Shown piece after piece: positions 1-9,807 of a stretch of DNA of 64,000 nt. The position numbers and the translations under genes were made by a program. Source of the stretch: a virus. Its lineage: Duplodnaviria > Heunggongvirae > Uroviricota > Caudoviricetes. Each line of letters begins with the position of its first letter. Positions within the stretch are counted from its first letter, which is position 1. The notes beneath the pieces were generated by a model. It saw only the letters and a program-made list of their open reading frames with translations. It did not search any database and was not told the origin of the DNA. Where the stretch lies: the IMG/VR virus record IMGVR_UViG_3300042860_001920. One strand, given 5' to 3'.

Positions 1-52
1 AGTCCTATTAAATTGGTGCAAAATTATATAAATATTTAAAAGGGATATATTT

Positions 53-592
53 ATGGAACAAGATTATAAAGGCACCGAAAGACGTAAAAATAATGGAGAA
101 CATATCTGTGTAAAGGAAGAAGCTATCGATAGCATTTATGATGATATGAATAATGTAAAAAGTGACATTAATACCATTAAAAATGATAAAATCCATACAA
201 ACGAACTTTTGTCAGGTATTACTAAACAATTATCCAGTATCGATAAGCGATTATTTATTGATAATGGTACGTTAAGTATACAAACTCAATTACGTGATGG
301 TGGTGCGAGAATGGCACAGATTGAAATAAATCTTAGAGCTATGGACGCACAAGTGACATTAAACAACAAGACTATGGCAGATAAAATAGATGATGTTAAA
401 AAAGAACCAAAAAAATATGCTGTATATACCGTAGGATTAATTTCATTGTTAGGTGGATTATGTGGATTGATTATTTGGATTAATGCTCATAGTTTTACAC
501 CCACACCACAATATATTTATCAACCAGTTCCTATTGGTATGCATCAATCCCCACAATCACAAATACCTGCATTAACTAAAACTGAAAAATAA
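53..592 (+). CDS. Hypothetical coiled-coil protein with C-terminal transmembrane anchor
   Basis: 179-aa ORF; hydrophobic segment LISLLGGLCGLIIWI near the C-terminus; first gene of a plus-strand island. Confidence 0.5.
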   Translation: MEQDYKGTERRKNNGEHICVKEEAIDSIYDDMNNVKSDINTIKNDKIHTNELLSGITKQLSSIDKRLFIDNGTLSIQTQLRDGGARMAQIEINLRAMDAQVTLNNKTMADKIDDVKKEPKKYAVYTVGLISLLGGLCGLIIWINAHSFTPTPQYIYQPVPIGMHQSPQSQIPALTKTEK

Positions 593-640
593 CTTGACAT
601 TTCGAATGAATTTGATAAATCATTATAAAGGAAGAAAACT

Positions 641-1207
641 ATGAAAAATGTATTAGTAAGTTTAATGTTGGGTTTAGGTATGATTTATATGTCTGGTTGT
701 GCAGTTCTTATGCCAATTTCGTCATATAATGCCAGTAGAGTGAAAGATAACGCAATTCAAGAACAGATTATCGCAAGAAATAATCCAGACCAAATAAGAG
801 CATTGAATGCTGGTGTGTCACCTAGAAGTGTAGTTAGAATTATTCCTACACAAGACTTAAAGGGTGCTTTTGTTGCTGTAGATTTATTAAATCCCGATAC
901 TTGGAGTGGATTCAGAACATTTAAAGAAGCACCTGTTTCATCTACTTTTGCCTTTTTAGGTGATGCAGGTTTATGGACAACAATTGTATACGGAGCCGTA
1001 AAAGTATTCGATAGCAGTAATAGTAAAGAAGAAACTAATGTTACAGTTAATAATGGTGATGGGACTACTGCTGTAAATGTTAATTCAGATGGAAATAATA
1101 CAACAGTTAATGCAGGTGGTAGTGGTGGTGGAACAACTGTGTTAAATGTAAATTCGGATAATAACAATACTGATGTAGATAATCCCCCTCCACCTGCAAC
1201 ACCTTAA
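641..1207 (+). CDS. Putative lipoprotein with Asn/Thr/Gly-rich repetitive C-terminus
   Basis: Signal peptide plus lipobox-like MSGC at the N-terminus; RBS aaggaag upstream; repeats VNNGDGTT / NSDGNNTT. Confidence 0.55.
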   Translation: MKNVLVSLMLGLGMIYMSGCAVLMPISSYNASRVKDNAIQEQIIARNNPDQIRALNAGVSPRSVVRIIPTQDLKGAFVAVDLLNPDTWSGFRTFKEAPVSSTFAFLGDAGLWTTIVYGAVKVFDSSNSKEETNVTVNNGDGTTAVNVNSDGNNTTVNAGGSGGGTTVLNVNSDNNNTDVDNPPPPATP

Positions 1208-1218
1208 AGGAAATAAAT

Positions 1219-2007
1219 ATGAAATATGCACTTTTGACAGCTTCAAATTATGTAAATACAGCAAATCAACTAGCAGGATGTATTACAGATGTAACACTTA
1301 TGCGTGAACGTCTAGAAAAAATCGGTGTCGAAATTTTTACCGATCTTAGAGATAGTGATTTAACAACTGGAAATTGGAAAGACGCTTTACGTGGTATTGC
1401 GAAAAAAGCCAAAAGTGGTGATGTGATTTTCAGTATGTATTCAGGACACGGTACAACTATGCGTTCTAGTGATAAAATGGGATATGATGAATGTTATTGT
1501 CCTGACGATTTTGATGGTAGTGATGCACACGTAATTAGAGATGATTATATGGCAGCAATAATGAACGAACTAGAAGATGGTGTAAAATGGATACAGTGGA
1601 GTGATTGTTGTCATGCTGGTGGTTCTTTACGTGATTTATGGTATGCAGGTGAACGTCCTCGTTATATCGTAAATACTGAACTGAAAGAAACTAAATTATT
1701 TGGATTTAACACTAATCCGGTAGTTAATCCATTAGTAGTATCTGGTGATAGCTATAAAGGTATTCTATTGGCAGCGTGTCGAAGTAATCAGACAAGTGCT
1801 GATGCTTTTATCGATGGTCAACATTGTGGTGCATTTAGTCATTATTTTATGAAAGCTATGGATGAACGTCCTATGGGAACTTATGAAGATTTAATGCTTC
1901 GTACCACAGAATTGTTAGGTTTAGGTGGATACGATCAGAAACCTGAACTTGATTGTAAAACTGGTGATGAACACGGTAAATTTAAAGACGATATCTTAAC
2001 GGCTTAA
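1219..2007 (+). CDS. Caspase-like (peptidase C14, metacaspase-type) protein
   Basis: N-terminal KYALLTASNY; catalytic His in YSGHGT and catalytic Cys in DCCHAGG, the hallmark C14 dyad. Confidence 0.7.
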   Translation: MKYALLTASNYVNTANQLAGCITDVTLMRERLEKIGVEIFTDLRDSDLTTGNWKDALRGIAKKAKSGDVIFSMYSGHGTTMRSSDKMGYDECYCPDDFDGSDAHVIRDDYMAAIMNELEDGVKWIQWSDCCHAGGSLRDLWYAGERPRYIVNTELKETKLFGFNTNPVVNPLVVSGDSYKGILLAACRSNQTSADAFIDGQHCGAFSHYFMKAMDERPMGTYEDLMLRTTELLGLGGYDQKPELDCKTGDEHGKFKDDILTA

Positions 2008-2031
2008 TAAATTTACTAAAGCTGGTGTACA

Positions 2032-2910
2032 ATGGATATTAACAATAAACAAACACAATTTAGACAAAAAACTTATCATCAAGAATTAATTATAAATGGG
2101 TTTAGTGATAATATTGGTAAATTGACGCTTAATGGTTCCACGGTTACAACATGGCCTACTAGTGCAACAAGTTTTACAAAATGGGGTAATATCGTTGGTG
2201 GTAATATTGACTATCAATTAGATTTGAAAGATAAGTTGGATGGTAAAACTAATTTAACGGATTTTAATATACTTACATCCAATGTTAGTACGTTATCCTC
2301 TAATGTTATTACTTTATCCACAGAAGTTAATACAATGTCGGGTAATATTATAACGTTATCTGGTGCCAATTATGTACCTGCTGGTGCTATAATGCCGTTT
2401 GCAATGGCTACAGCACCCGTAGGCTGGATATCTTGTGATGGTAGCTCTCTGAGTAGGACTACTTATAACACACTCTTTTTAGCCATAGGAACAACTTGGG
2501 GTAATGTTGATATAAACACATTCAATGTTCCAAATCTTAATGGTAAAACATTAGTGCAATATGACGCATCCCAAACTGAGTTTAATGCCATTGCTAAAAC
2601 AGGTGGTGAAAATACACATACATTAGGTGTAACAGAAATACCATCACATAATCATGGTGGTGCCGCAAGTGGTTCTTTTAGTGGAACGACTGATAGTGGT
2701 GGTGCAGGTGGTGATAACGTTTCTTCTAATACTAAAAGAGGAACTTCGGCTGGTAGTTCTTTTAATTCAAGTGAAATTGCAACTACTGGTGATTCCCACA
2801 CCCATTCCTATAGTGGCTCTGTTTCAGTAGGAATTGCATCCCAAGGTGGAAGTGTGGCACATAACAACCTACAACCTTATGCTGTTATCAAATATTGCAT
2901 AAAAACTTAA
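2032..2910 (+). CDS. Phage tail collar domain fibre-like protein
   Basis: Tail-collar motif GAIMPFAMATAPVGWISCDGSSLSRTTYNTLFLAIGTTWG; Gly/Ser-rich C-terminus. Confidence 0.7.
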   Translation: MDINNKQTQFRQKTYHQELIINGFSDNIGKLTLNGSTVTTWPTSATSFTKWGNIVGGNIDYQLDLKDKLDGKTNLTDFNILTSNVSTLSSNVITLSTEVNTMSGNIITLSGANYVPAGAIMPFAMATAPVGWISCDGSSLSRTTYNTLFLAIGTTWGNVDINTFNVPNLNGKTLVQYDASQTEFNAIAKTGGENTHTLGVTEIPSHNHGGAASGSFSGTTDSGGAGGDNVSSNTKRGTSAGSSFNSSEIATTGDSHTHSYSGSVSVGIASQGGSVAHNNLQPYAVIKYCIKT

Positions 2911-2947
2911 TTGTTGACAAATCATACTTTTATGCTAACATATTAGT

Positions 2948-3436
2948 ATGAATAAAGAACAATTAAAATTTGATAAACACGAGGATATGGAAAAATATCT
3001 ATATGATAAATATCCAATTATATTTCAAGACAGAAGTAAGGATATGAGTGAGAGTTGTATGTTTTGGGGCATTAATTGTGGCGTAGGTTGGTTTGACCTC
3101 TTAAACAAGCTTTGTGAAGAGGTTCAAGTTATTGCAGATACCACTGGTATTCAACTAGTTGCAGATCAAGTTAAAGAAAAGTTTGCAACACTCCGTTTCT
3201 ACTGGCACACTAAACAATTAGACGATGTGGGTATTACTTACAACGAAGAAACTGGTAAAATTTGGTATAATATTATTGAAGATATTGTAAGCAGAGCCGA
3301 GGAACGAAGTGCATGTACTTGTGAAGATTGTGGAGAATATGGTAAAATTTGTGGAAGTGGTTGGCTTAAAACCCTTTGCAAGACTTGTGCAGATAAAGAC
3401 CCACGTTATAAATATATGGAAGATGAAGGAATTTAA
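2948..3436 (+). CDS. Hypothetical Cys-rich protein
   Basis: 162-aa ORF containing CTCEDCGEYGKICGSGW...CKTC. Confidence 0.5.
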   Translation: MNKEQLKFDKHEDMEKYLYDKYPIIFQDRSKDMSESCMFWGINCGVGWFDLLNKLCEEVQVIADTTGIQLVADQVKEKFATLRFYWHTKQLDDVGITYNEETGKIWYNIIEDIVSRAEERSACTCEDCGEYGKICGSGWLKTLCKTCADKDPRYKYMEDEGI

Positions 3437-3849
3437 TGAATACGGAAATTTTTAAAACATGTGAAGTTTGTGGTGAAAATATTTTCATCTATAAAGGTAT
3501 CGCACATGATGTAGTAGGGCGAGATGATATTAAAGTATGGCATTATGATTGCCGTGTAAATAATACTAAGCATCCTGATGATCTTGCTGTACGTGTATTT
3601 AATTGTACTGGCCCATTAGGTGGTCGTTTCGTAATCTCCTATATGACAGAAAAGGCAGTTGAAAATATTGATTTAATTTTCCCTAACAGTTATATGGTCG
3701 AAGTTACATCAAGTATTATTCGTACCCCTATACTCAAATTGGAGAAAACTGAATATATTAAGAAATTAGTAGAAGACGTAGCAACTGGTTTAACCCTTGA
3801 TGATATCGTGACACCTGTTGCAAAGAAAATGAAAATGGACTACACATGA
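3436..3849 (+). CDS. Hypothetical protein
   Basis: 137-aa ORF; ATGA overlap with the upstream gene. Confidence 0.5.
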   Translation: MNTEIFKTCEVCGENIFIYKGIAHDVVGRDDIKVWHYDCRVNNTKHPDDLAVRVFNCTGPLGGRFVISYMTEKAVENIDLIFPNSYMVEVTSSIIRTPILKLEKTEYIKKLVEDVATGLTLDDIVTPVAKKMKMDYT

Positions 3850-4367
3850 AAGAAAAATGGGAAAAATTAGTTGATTTTTATTACGTTATATACCACAAGA
3901 TATATAATTTACCCTATGCATTAAAAATGCGTTTCATACGTAAACACCACATCATCAAAACATCTTTGAATCCTTGGTGTGGTCATGATACCGATGATAT
4001 TCTTTTGTACGGTATGATGGATTGTTTCAAAAAATTCTACGATGAAGAAGTCGTTGATGGGGTTGTTAATTATAATGTTGATGATGAACATAAAGTTATT
4101 AGACAATCTATGGAAGAAATTTACCTATGGTGGAAAGATTATCCAAACCGTTTAAAACAAATTGAGGACGCTTTAGATAATTGGTTTGAATTGGAAAGAG
4201 CAACAGGTGGATTCGCACTCGATAAACGTAAAACAGTTCAAATGAAGCGCACTAAAGAGTGTCAAGAAGCATGGGAGCGTTTACCATTACTTGAAGAGTT
4301 ATTGTATATTGAAACACAGGCAGTATTAACAAAATTAGTGAAAATAAGAGGATCATTATGGACATGA
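3846..4367 (+). CDS. Hypothetical protein
   Basis: 173-aa ORF, translationally coupled. Confidence 0.5.
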   Translation: MKEKWEKLVDFYYVIYHKIYNLPYALKMRFIRKHHIIKTSLNPWCGHDTDDILLYGMMDCFKKFYDEEVVDGVVNYNVDDEHKVIRQSMEEIYLWWKDYPNRLKQIEDALDNWFELERATGGFALDKRKTVQMKRTKECQEAWERLPLLEELLYIETQAVLTKLVKIRGSLWT

Positions 4368-4699
4368 ATAAAATACCTAAAGACTTAGACACCGCATTAA
4401 TAATTCTTGAGAGTCTTTTACATAAAGATGATTTGAAACGAATTAAAGAACAAATTGATCAATCAGGCTATCATCAAAATTTAGGTAGAAGTATTCGTAA
4501 TAATTGGAATCTATGGTCTGTCTCAATTTTATCTACATGGTTCAAAGGGGTTGGTATAAACCATCCAGATGATATGAGTGCAATAATCTTAGATTCCTTA
4601 CACCGTAAGCTTAATAATAAACCAATTGAATTGATGGAACAAATTAAGGTTTGTCAAGAATATTGGGGTAATACCAAGATTAAATACAGCCATGAATAA
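4358..4699 (+). CDS. Hypothetical protein
   Basis: 113-aa ORF, last gene of the plus-strand island. Confidence 0.5.
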   Translation: MDMNKIPKDLDTALIILESLLHKDDLKRIKEQIDQSGYHQNLGRSIRNNWNLWSVSILSTWFKGVGINHPDDMSAIILDSLHRKLNNKPIELMEQIKVCQEYWGNTKIKYSHE

Positions 4700-4703
4700 T
4701 GGT

Positions 4704-6179
4704 TTAAAGATTAAGACTTTTCCCTAATTCTTTAATGTATTCTGTAACCTCTTCTGGTTGTACATTAAAGTCCTTTGAAATAATCCACTCACGTACAGCA
4801 TTTTTAATGACTCCAATATCCGTTCCTTTAATCTTAGGAAGGATATTCATAATCATTCGACCATCTACGTAACCAGACATACGCTTTTCAAAAGCTTGTT
4901 TCTCACCAAACTTACTGGCAATGTCTTCAACTTTATTCATCTTGTCAGCATAGGCATTTGCATCAAATCTATCACCTCTAGCCGCATCATCAGCGTAAGT
5001 TGTATCTTTAAGTGTTTCCCAATGAGGACTTTGACGAATATCCAAAATTCGTGACTTCTTCATGTCAGTCATGTGATGTGCTAACATGTGATTCTCAATG
5101 GCAAATAAAATAGCGTCACGTTGATCGTTAGTAAACTTTAAACGCTTTACAACCTTATCAAAGACTTCACTACCAACCTTATCGTGTCCATGATATTTGA
5201 CGTTATGCGTATCAATATCAAAGCTTTGAGAAGCAGGTTTACCAATATCATGAAATAAGATAGCCATGTTTGTAATTGGATTCTTACTAGGGCTTTTTCT
5301 GATAGCTTGAATAGTATGTGCAAATACTCCACCTTCGGGGTGACTTTCAGGTGTATGCTCGTACTTGTCCATAATATCAATTTCAGGTAAAATTAATGCT
5401 AAAAGTCCAACGTCTTTTAAATGTTCAATATAATTAGCCAAAGCTGTACCAGAAGAGGCAGATTTGAACAATTCATCACGAATACGTTCAGGGGAAACCT
5501 TCTTAATAAGGTCTTTTAAATCAATAATAGCCTGTCTAGTCTCAGGATCGAGTTTAAAGCCATATCTAGCCATAAAACGCCCAACCCTCATCATGCGTAG
5601 GGCATCCTCAATAAATCGATCCTTGGGGCTACCAACAGCCTTTATGATGCCATTCTTGATGTCTTCAAGTCCACCCTGATAATCCACGATTTCACCAGAA
5701 GTAGTCAAACCTAACGAATTAATCGTAATATCTCTACGTTCACTGTCAGCTTCAAAGGATTTAGTTAAATTTACTCCAGAAGGATGTCTAGAATCAGTCG
5801 TTCCAGTGTAAACATCCTCTCTGTAATGAGCTACTTCAAAGATTTGACCCTTGTATTGGACAGCTACGATACCAAAATCCTTAGATTTGCCAATATCAGC
5901 ACTATGAAAGTGTGTGGCAATCTTCTCAATATCAACATTTGTAGCAATATCGATATCTTTAGGGGCTTTTTTGAGAATTAAATCACGAACTGAACCACCT
6001 ACGACCAAAGCTTCTGCATTAGGTTCAAGGGCTTCAATTTCTTTGCATAATTCCATAGCAGTAGCTAAATCCGGATTAGTGTGAAGGATTCCTTCAAAAT
6101 TATCCAATTTCTGGCGAATTTCTGCTTCTGTCAAAGAGTTGTAAAGTTTGTTAAAAGTGTTCATATCAATATTTAGCAA
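4704..6179 (-). CDS. cca: CCA-adding tRNA nucleotidyltransferase with C-terminal HD phosphohydrolase domain
   Basis: Class II nucleotidyltransferase head GGSVRDLILKKAPKDIDIAT; HD motif LFHDIGK; 491 aa. The start may be TTG at 6179 or ATG at 6164. Confidence 0.85.
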   Translation of the reverse strand: MLNIDMNTFNKLYNSLTEAEIRQKLDNFEGILHTNPDLATAMELCKEIEALEPNAEALVVGGSVRDLILKKAPKDIDIATNVDIEKIATHFHSADIGKSKDFGIVAVQYKGQIFEVAHYREDVYTGTTDSRHPSGVNLTKSFEADSERRDITINSLGLTTSGEIVDYQGGLEDIKNGIIKAVGSPKDRFIEDALRMMRVGRFMARYGFKLDPETRQAIIDLKDLIKKVSPERIRDELFKSASSGTALANYIEHLKDVGLLALILPEIDIMDKYEHTPESHPEGGVFAHTIQAIRKSPSKNPITNMAILFHDIGKPASQSFDIDTHNVKYHGHDKVGSEVFDKVVKRLKFTNDQRDAILFAIENHMLAHHMTDMKKSRILDIRQSPHWETLKDTTYADDAARGDRFDANAYADKMNKVEDIASKFGEKQAFEKRMSGYVDGRMIMNILPKIKGTDIGVIKNAVREWIISKDFNVQPEEVTEYIKELGKSLNL

Positions 6180-6310
6180 TAATAGTGGATTTTGTTATAC
6201 AAGTCAATAAATAGTTATAGCAGTAATCAAAGAAGGCTGGAATCTTCTTTGAAACAAGTGGAGTGAATACTCGCTGTCCTGCTACCAAAGTATTTATAAG
6301 GAGTGCTATT

Positions 6311-6895
6311 ATGTCAAATAAAACGTATTATCAAGAAAATAAAGAAGAAATTTTAAGAAAAAGTAAAATATATAGAGAACAAAATAAAGAAGCTATAAGT
6401 CTTAGAAATAAATTAAAATATTTAAAAAACAAAGATAAAATTATAGAAAAAGTTAAAGGTTATTATCAAAATAATAGAGATAAAGTTTTAGCTTATCATA
6501 AAACATACGATAAAGAGAATCGTAAAAAGATTACTGAATATCAAACCAAATATACGAGAGATAGAAGACAAACCGATATTGATTATAAATTAAGAAGCAT
6601 TTTGAGTTGTAGGATACGTGATGCTTTAAATGGTAAAAATAAATCTAAAGCAACTAAAGAATTAATCGGATGTGATATTCCTACATTAATGATGCATTTA
6701 GAAAAACAATTTAGAGATGATATGACTTGGGACAATCATGGTAAATTTGGTTGGCATATTGATCATATTTTACCATGTGCTTCATTCGATTTAACTGATC
6801 CTGAACAGCAAAAGAAATGCTTCCATTATACTAATTTACAACCACTATGGGCAGAAGAAAATTTATCTAAAAGTGATACTATTTTAATAAGCTAA
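6311..6895 (+). CDS. HNH homing endonuclease
   Basis: GWHIDHILPCASF...NLQPLWAEENLSKSD matches the HNH motif; AAGGAG RBS before ATG 6311; lone plus-strand gene among minus-strand genes. Confidence 0.75.
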   Translation: MSNKTYYQENKEEILRKSKIYREQNKEAISLRNKLKYLKNKDKIIEKVKGYYQNNRDKVLAYHKTYDKENRKKITEYQTKYTRDRRQTDIDYKLRSILSCRIRDALNGKNKSKATKELIGCDIPTLMMHLEKQFRDDMTWDNHGKFGWHIDHILPCASFDLTDPEQQKKCFHYTNLQPLWAEENLSKSDTILIS

Positions 6896-7175
6896 TTTTA
6901 TCCACCATATAATAAGGAGTACGTATTTTATGATTTAAAATACTTTTTGTGTAGTAAAATTCTATTTTAATTTTACCTAGTTTCCATAATCTCTTTAATC
7001 TTCGTTGGATAGTTCTTTCAGATACTTTTACCATATCAGCATATTCTATAGCAGTATGATAACCCCTTGGTATTATAGTATTATTTATAGGTGTGACATC
7101 AAAGAAGGTATCAATCTCTATTGATTTTAACCTAACCTTCTTTGATGGAGAATTTATATATTCTGATCGGTTCAT
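6879..7175 (-). CDS. Small HTH DNA-binding protein
   Basis: Helix-turn-helix-like VSERTIQRRLKRL. Confidence 0.45.
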   Translation of the reverse strand: MNRSEYINSPSKKVRLKSIEIDTFFDVTPINNTIIPRGYHTAIEYADMVKVSERTIQRRLKRLWKLGKIKIEFYYTKSILNHKIRTPYYMVDKISLLK

Positions 7176-7996
7176 TAATTGAACAAAGTTGCCTTTGCCT
7201 TTTGTGTAGTTAAATTAAGAAAGTGTTTACGCATAATCACAGTTTTATTAGCCAAAATATCGAAAGAAACGAAACCGATAGTTGGTATACCACTACACAT
7301 TTTTGAACCAAACTTTGATCCGAATCCTTGAAGGGCGGGAGTTGTAATTGCTGTCATATCACCATCATCTAAAAGATTGAAGTAATGTATATGGGATCGA
7401 ATTAAATAACTTACAGGCTTAGGAATCAATTCTTTTTCTTGCCACAACTTTGCCCAAATCATTTCTTTAGCAATAGGAGCTTGTCTACTTTGAGGTACAC
7501 TACTACTACCCACATTATGTTTAATATCAAAAATTACTCCATTAATATCTAACCATGCGTGATTTTCAAACTTACCATTAATTTGTTGTGCTAAAATTTC
7601 TTCAAAATCTTCCACATTACCAGTATGATAGGGGGTTCCCGCTACAATTATATTTGTGTTTGCATTAGCCCTTTTAATTGCACTTTTCGCAATTTGAACT
7701 TGCATATTTCTATCAGTAGTTATTAATTCAGTTCCACCAGAACGCCATCCATCACCATCGATTGCATCACCATTAGAAACAAGAATATCAATTTTCTTAT
7801 CTCTTTGTAAATTTGTTATTTCTGTTGCATAAAAATCCCAAATTGCTTTTTGGATATTATTAAGTTTATTACGTTTACCTACATCATCTGATACAATTTT
7901 ACCTTGATAATCTGGATGTGTTAGACCCACTGCGTGACCGCAATGCATGTCACTAACAACCACTAATCGATAATCCTTACGTTTTAGTATATTCAT
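7175..7996 (-). CDS. Calcineurin-like metallophosphoesterase
   Basis: LVVVSDMHCGH and GDAIDGDGW phosphoesterase motifs. Confidence 0.65.
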   Translation of the reverse strand: MNILKRKDYRLVVVSDMHCGHAVGLTHPDYQGKIVSDDVGKRNKLNNIQKAIWDFYATEITNLQRDKKIDILVSNGDAIDGDGWRSGGTELITTDRNMQVQIAKSAIKRANANTNIIVAGTPYHTGNVEDFEEILAQQINGKFENHAWLDINGVIFDIKHNVGSSSVPQSRQAPIAKEMIWAKLWQEKELIPKPVSYLIRSHIHYFNLLDDGDMTAITTPALQGFGSKFGSKMCSGIPTIGFVSFDILANKTVIMRKHFLNLTTQKAKATLFN

Positions 7997-8010
7997 ATGT
8001 TTTCTTTCTT

Positions 8011-8322
8011 CTAACTATTTAAACAATCACACTCATTTACACCACATTCTTTACAACTATCCCATAATAAACTTAATGGCATTGCTTTACTAAGAGTATC
8101 ATGATCCCCGTAGAAATCAAGTAATCTTTTGTATTCTTCATCTGTGCAACCCGGTGTTCCCATTTTTTCAAGATATTTACAAGTTGGGATTAACACATCA
8201 CACAATACCGTATAGTCATAGTACGGGCAGTTTTTTGTGTAGATTTTACTTTCCTTCATATCTACACGACTTATTGTATAGCAGTAATCACCTTTAGGTA
8301 TGACTGATTTATCTTTATGCAT
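8011..8322 (-). CDS. Hypothetical Cys-rich protein
   Basis: 103-aa ORF with multiple Cys pairs. Confidence 0.5.
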   Translation of the reverse strand: MHKDKSVIPKGDYCYTISRVDMKESKIYTKNCPYYDYTVLCDVLIPTCKYLEKMGTPGCTDEEYKRLLDFYGDHDTLSKAMPLSLLWDSCKECGVNECDCLNS

Positions 8323-8323
8323 C

Positions 8324-8461
8324 TCTATCGTCTTTCCAATTTTTACGACCCTTTTTCATATCGGCTTCACGCATACGGTCTTTGGCAGATTTGATCTTCT
8401 TTGTTGGTTTAGGCATATCCTTACGGATTTGTCTGAATAATTCTGTGAATTTTGTTGTCAT
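8324..8461 (-). CDS. Small basic protein (45 aa)
   Basis: ORF MTTKFTELFRQIRKDMPKPTKKIK... absent from the track; its stop overlaps the next ATG (ATGCATAA). Confidence 0.3.
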
Positions 8462-8470
8462 GTTGTACCT

Positions 8471-8719
8471 CTATACAATATTTATCTTAAAGAAGATTGT
8501 ATGAGCGTCATTATCTTTATCAGTAATTTGAACGATACAGAATTCAGTACCTTCCATATCTTTACGCATTTGTTTAGAATGGATACTCCAAGCTCCATTT
8601 TTATCACCAAAAAGACCGTCTAAAATCTTTGCAATATCTTCATCGATATAGGCTAACATACCACCCTTTTTATTGAGTACGAAAGCTGTTTTTCCATCTA
8701 TTCCTCTATGTATAATCAT
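8471..8719 (-). CDS. Hypothetical protein
   Basis: 82-aa ORF. Confidence 0.45.
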   Translation of the reverse strand: MIIHRGIDGKTAFVLNKKGGMLAYIDEDIAKILDGLFGDKNGAWSIHSKQMRKDMEGTEFCIVQITDKDNDAHTIFFKINIV

Positions 8720-9093
8720 TATTTCTCTCCTTCGAAAATGTTTCCAACTACAGTTAGATTACCTGCGGTTTCAAATACAGGCGAATTTAATGCACCTTCA
8801 TTATCCATAATCATCCAACAACCAGTAGCAAATATTACTTCACCTGTTTTACCGTTACAAATTCTACCTGATATATGCTCTACAAGATCACCTTCATAGA
8901 TATCTACACCATTTTTATCAACACTTCCAGTATATTGTTGAACATGTAATGTATCCAAATCTTCAATACGAGTTTGGTTTAATAAATCAAACATTACTGT
9001 CTCGCCAATGATATGAAAGCCAGTGGCTAAGAATTCATTCTTCTTTGTTGACCACGCTCTAAATTTTAATTCTCTGTATTTAAATTGATTCAT
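8719..9093 (-). CDS. YopX-like phage protein
   Basis: LKFRAWSTKKNEF ... IYEGDLV pattern typical of the YopX family. Confidence 0.5.
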   Translation of the reverse strand: MNQFKYRELKFRAWSTKKNEFLATGFHIIGETVMFDLLNQTRIEDLDTLHVQQYTGSVDKNGVDIYEGDLVEHISGRICNGKTGEVIFATGCWMIMDNEGALNSPVFETAGNLTVVGNIFEGEK

Positions 9094-9094
9094 A

Positions 9095-9691
9095 TTAGAC
9101 CATTTCTTTATAAAATAATGTACAAACCCATTTCAAGGTTCTCAACACTCTGCCACCGTCACCTGCCACACCTGCACCCATTGCTTTTATTTCATCTGAA
9201 TTTCTATTTAGAAACGCAGTAATTTCTTCATCTGTGAATTTTCTATCTGTAATATAAGGAGCAAAGTGTTTAATAGCATTAAATAGGATATCTGGTGTAA
9301 TATTCCATACACATAAATTAAGTCTTATTTTTTCACCGTCTTTATTATTTATAAAAGCTTCAATAAGTTGATCTTTAATCTTACATGTACCATCTTCGGT
9401 TAAAAGCTTCTCATACCAAGGAAGTTTCATATATTTCGCATGTTCGGCATATCGCTTTTTATCAGCTTCCATACGCTTCTTTTTATGAATCAACCATGAT
9501 TCGGCTGTAGGAAAATCTTCATAGATAACATATTTATGCTTCTGTTTCTCTTCTTCGGTTACAGTTTCAGCATATTCCTGATAATGTATCCAAGCATCAT
9601 AAGATTCTTGGACTACAAACAAAGGCGTGTTATGGATATCAAAAATCTCCATGTAAACGATGTCAAAATCTTCTAACGATATCTTATTCAT
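9095..9691 (-). CDS. Hypothetical protein
   Basis: 198-aa ORF. Confidence 0.5.
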   Translation of the reverse strand: MNKISLEDFDIVYMEIFDIHNTPLFVVQESYDAWIHYQEYAETVTEEEKQKHKYVIYEDFPTAESWLIHKKKRMEADKKRYAEHAKYMKLPWYEKLLTEDGTCKIKDQLIEAFINNKDGEKIRLNLCVWNITPDILFNAIKHFAPYITDRKFTDEEITAFLNRNSDEIKAMGAGVAGDGGRVLRTLKWVCTLFYKEMV

Positions 9692-9807
9692 AATTTCTCC
9701 ATTATTATTGTATATTCAAGTATTTTAAGAATCTCTTCTTTTGTTTCGTTCCCAGATATTGATATATTTATCCCTAACTTCTTTCATCGACATTTCACTT
9801 AATGGTT

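Noticed and set aside
5147-5981. ORFs 5147-5380(-), 5464-5679(+) and 5784-5981(+) inside the cca gene
   Set aside because: They lie in alternative or antisense frames of a well-supported 491-aa CCA-enzyme gene. Their composition is low-complexity.
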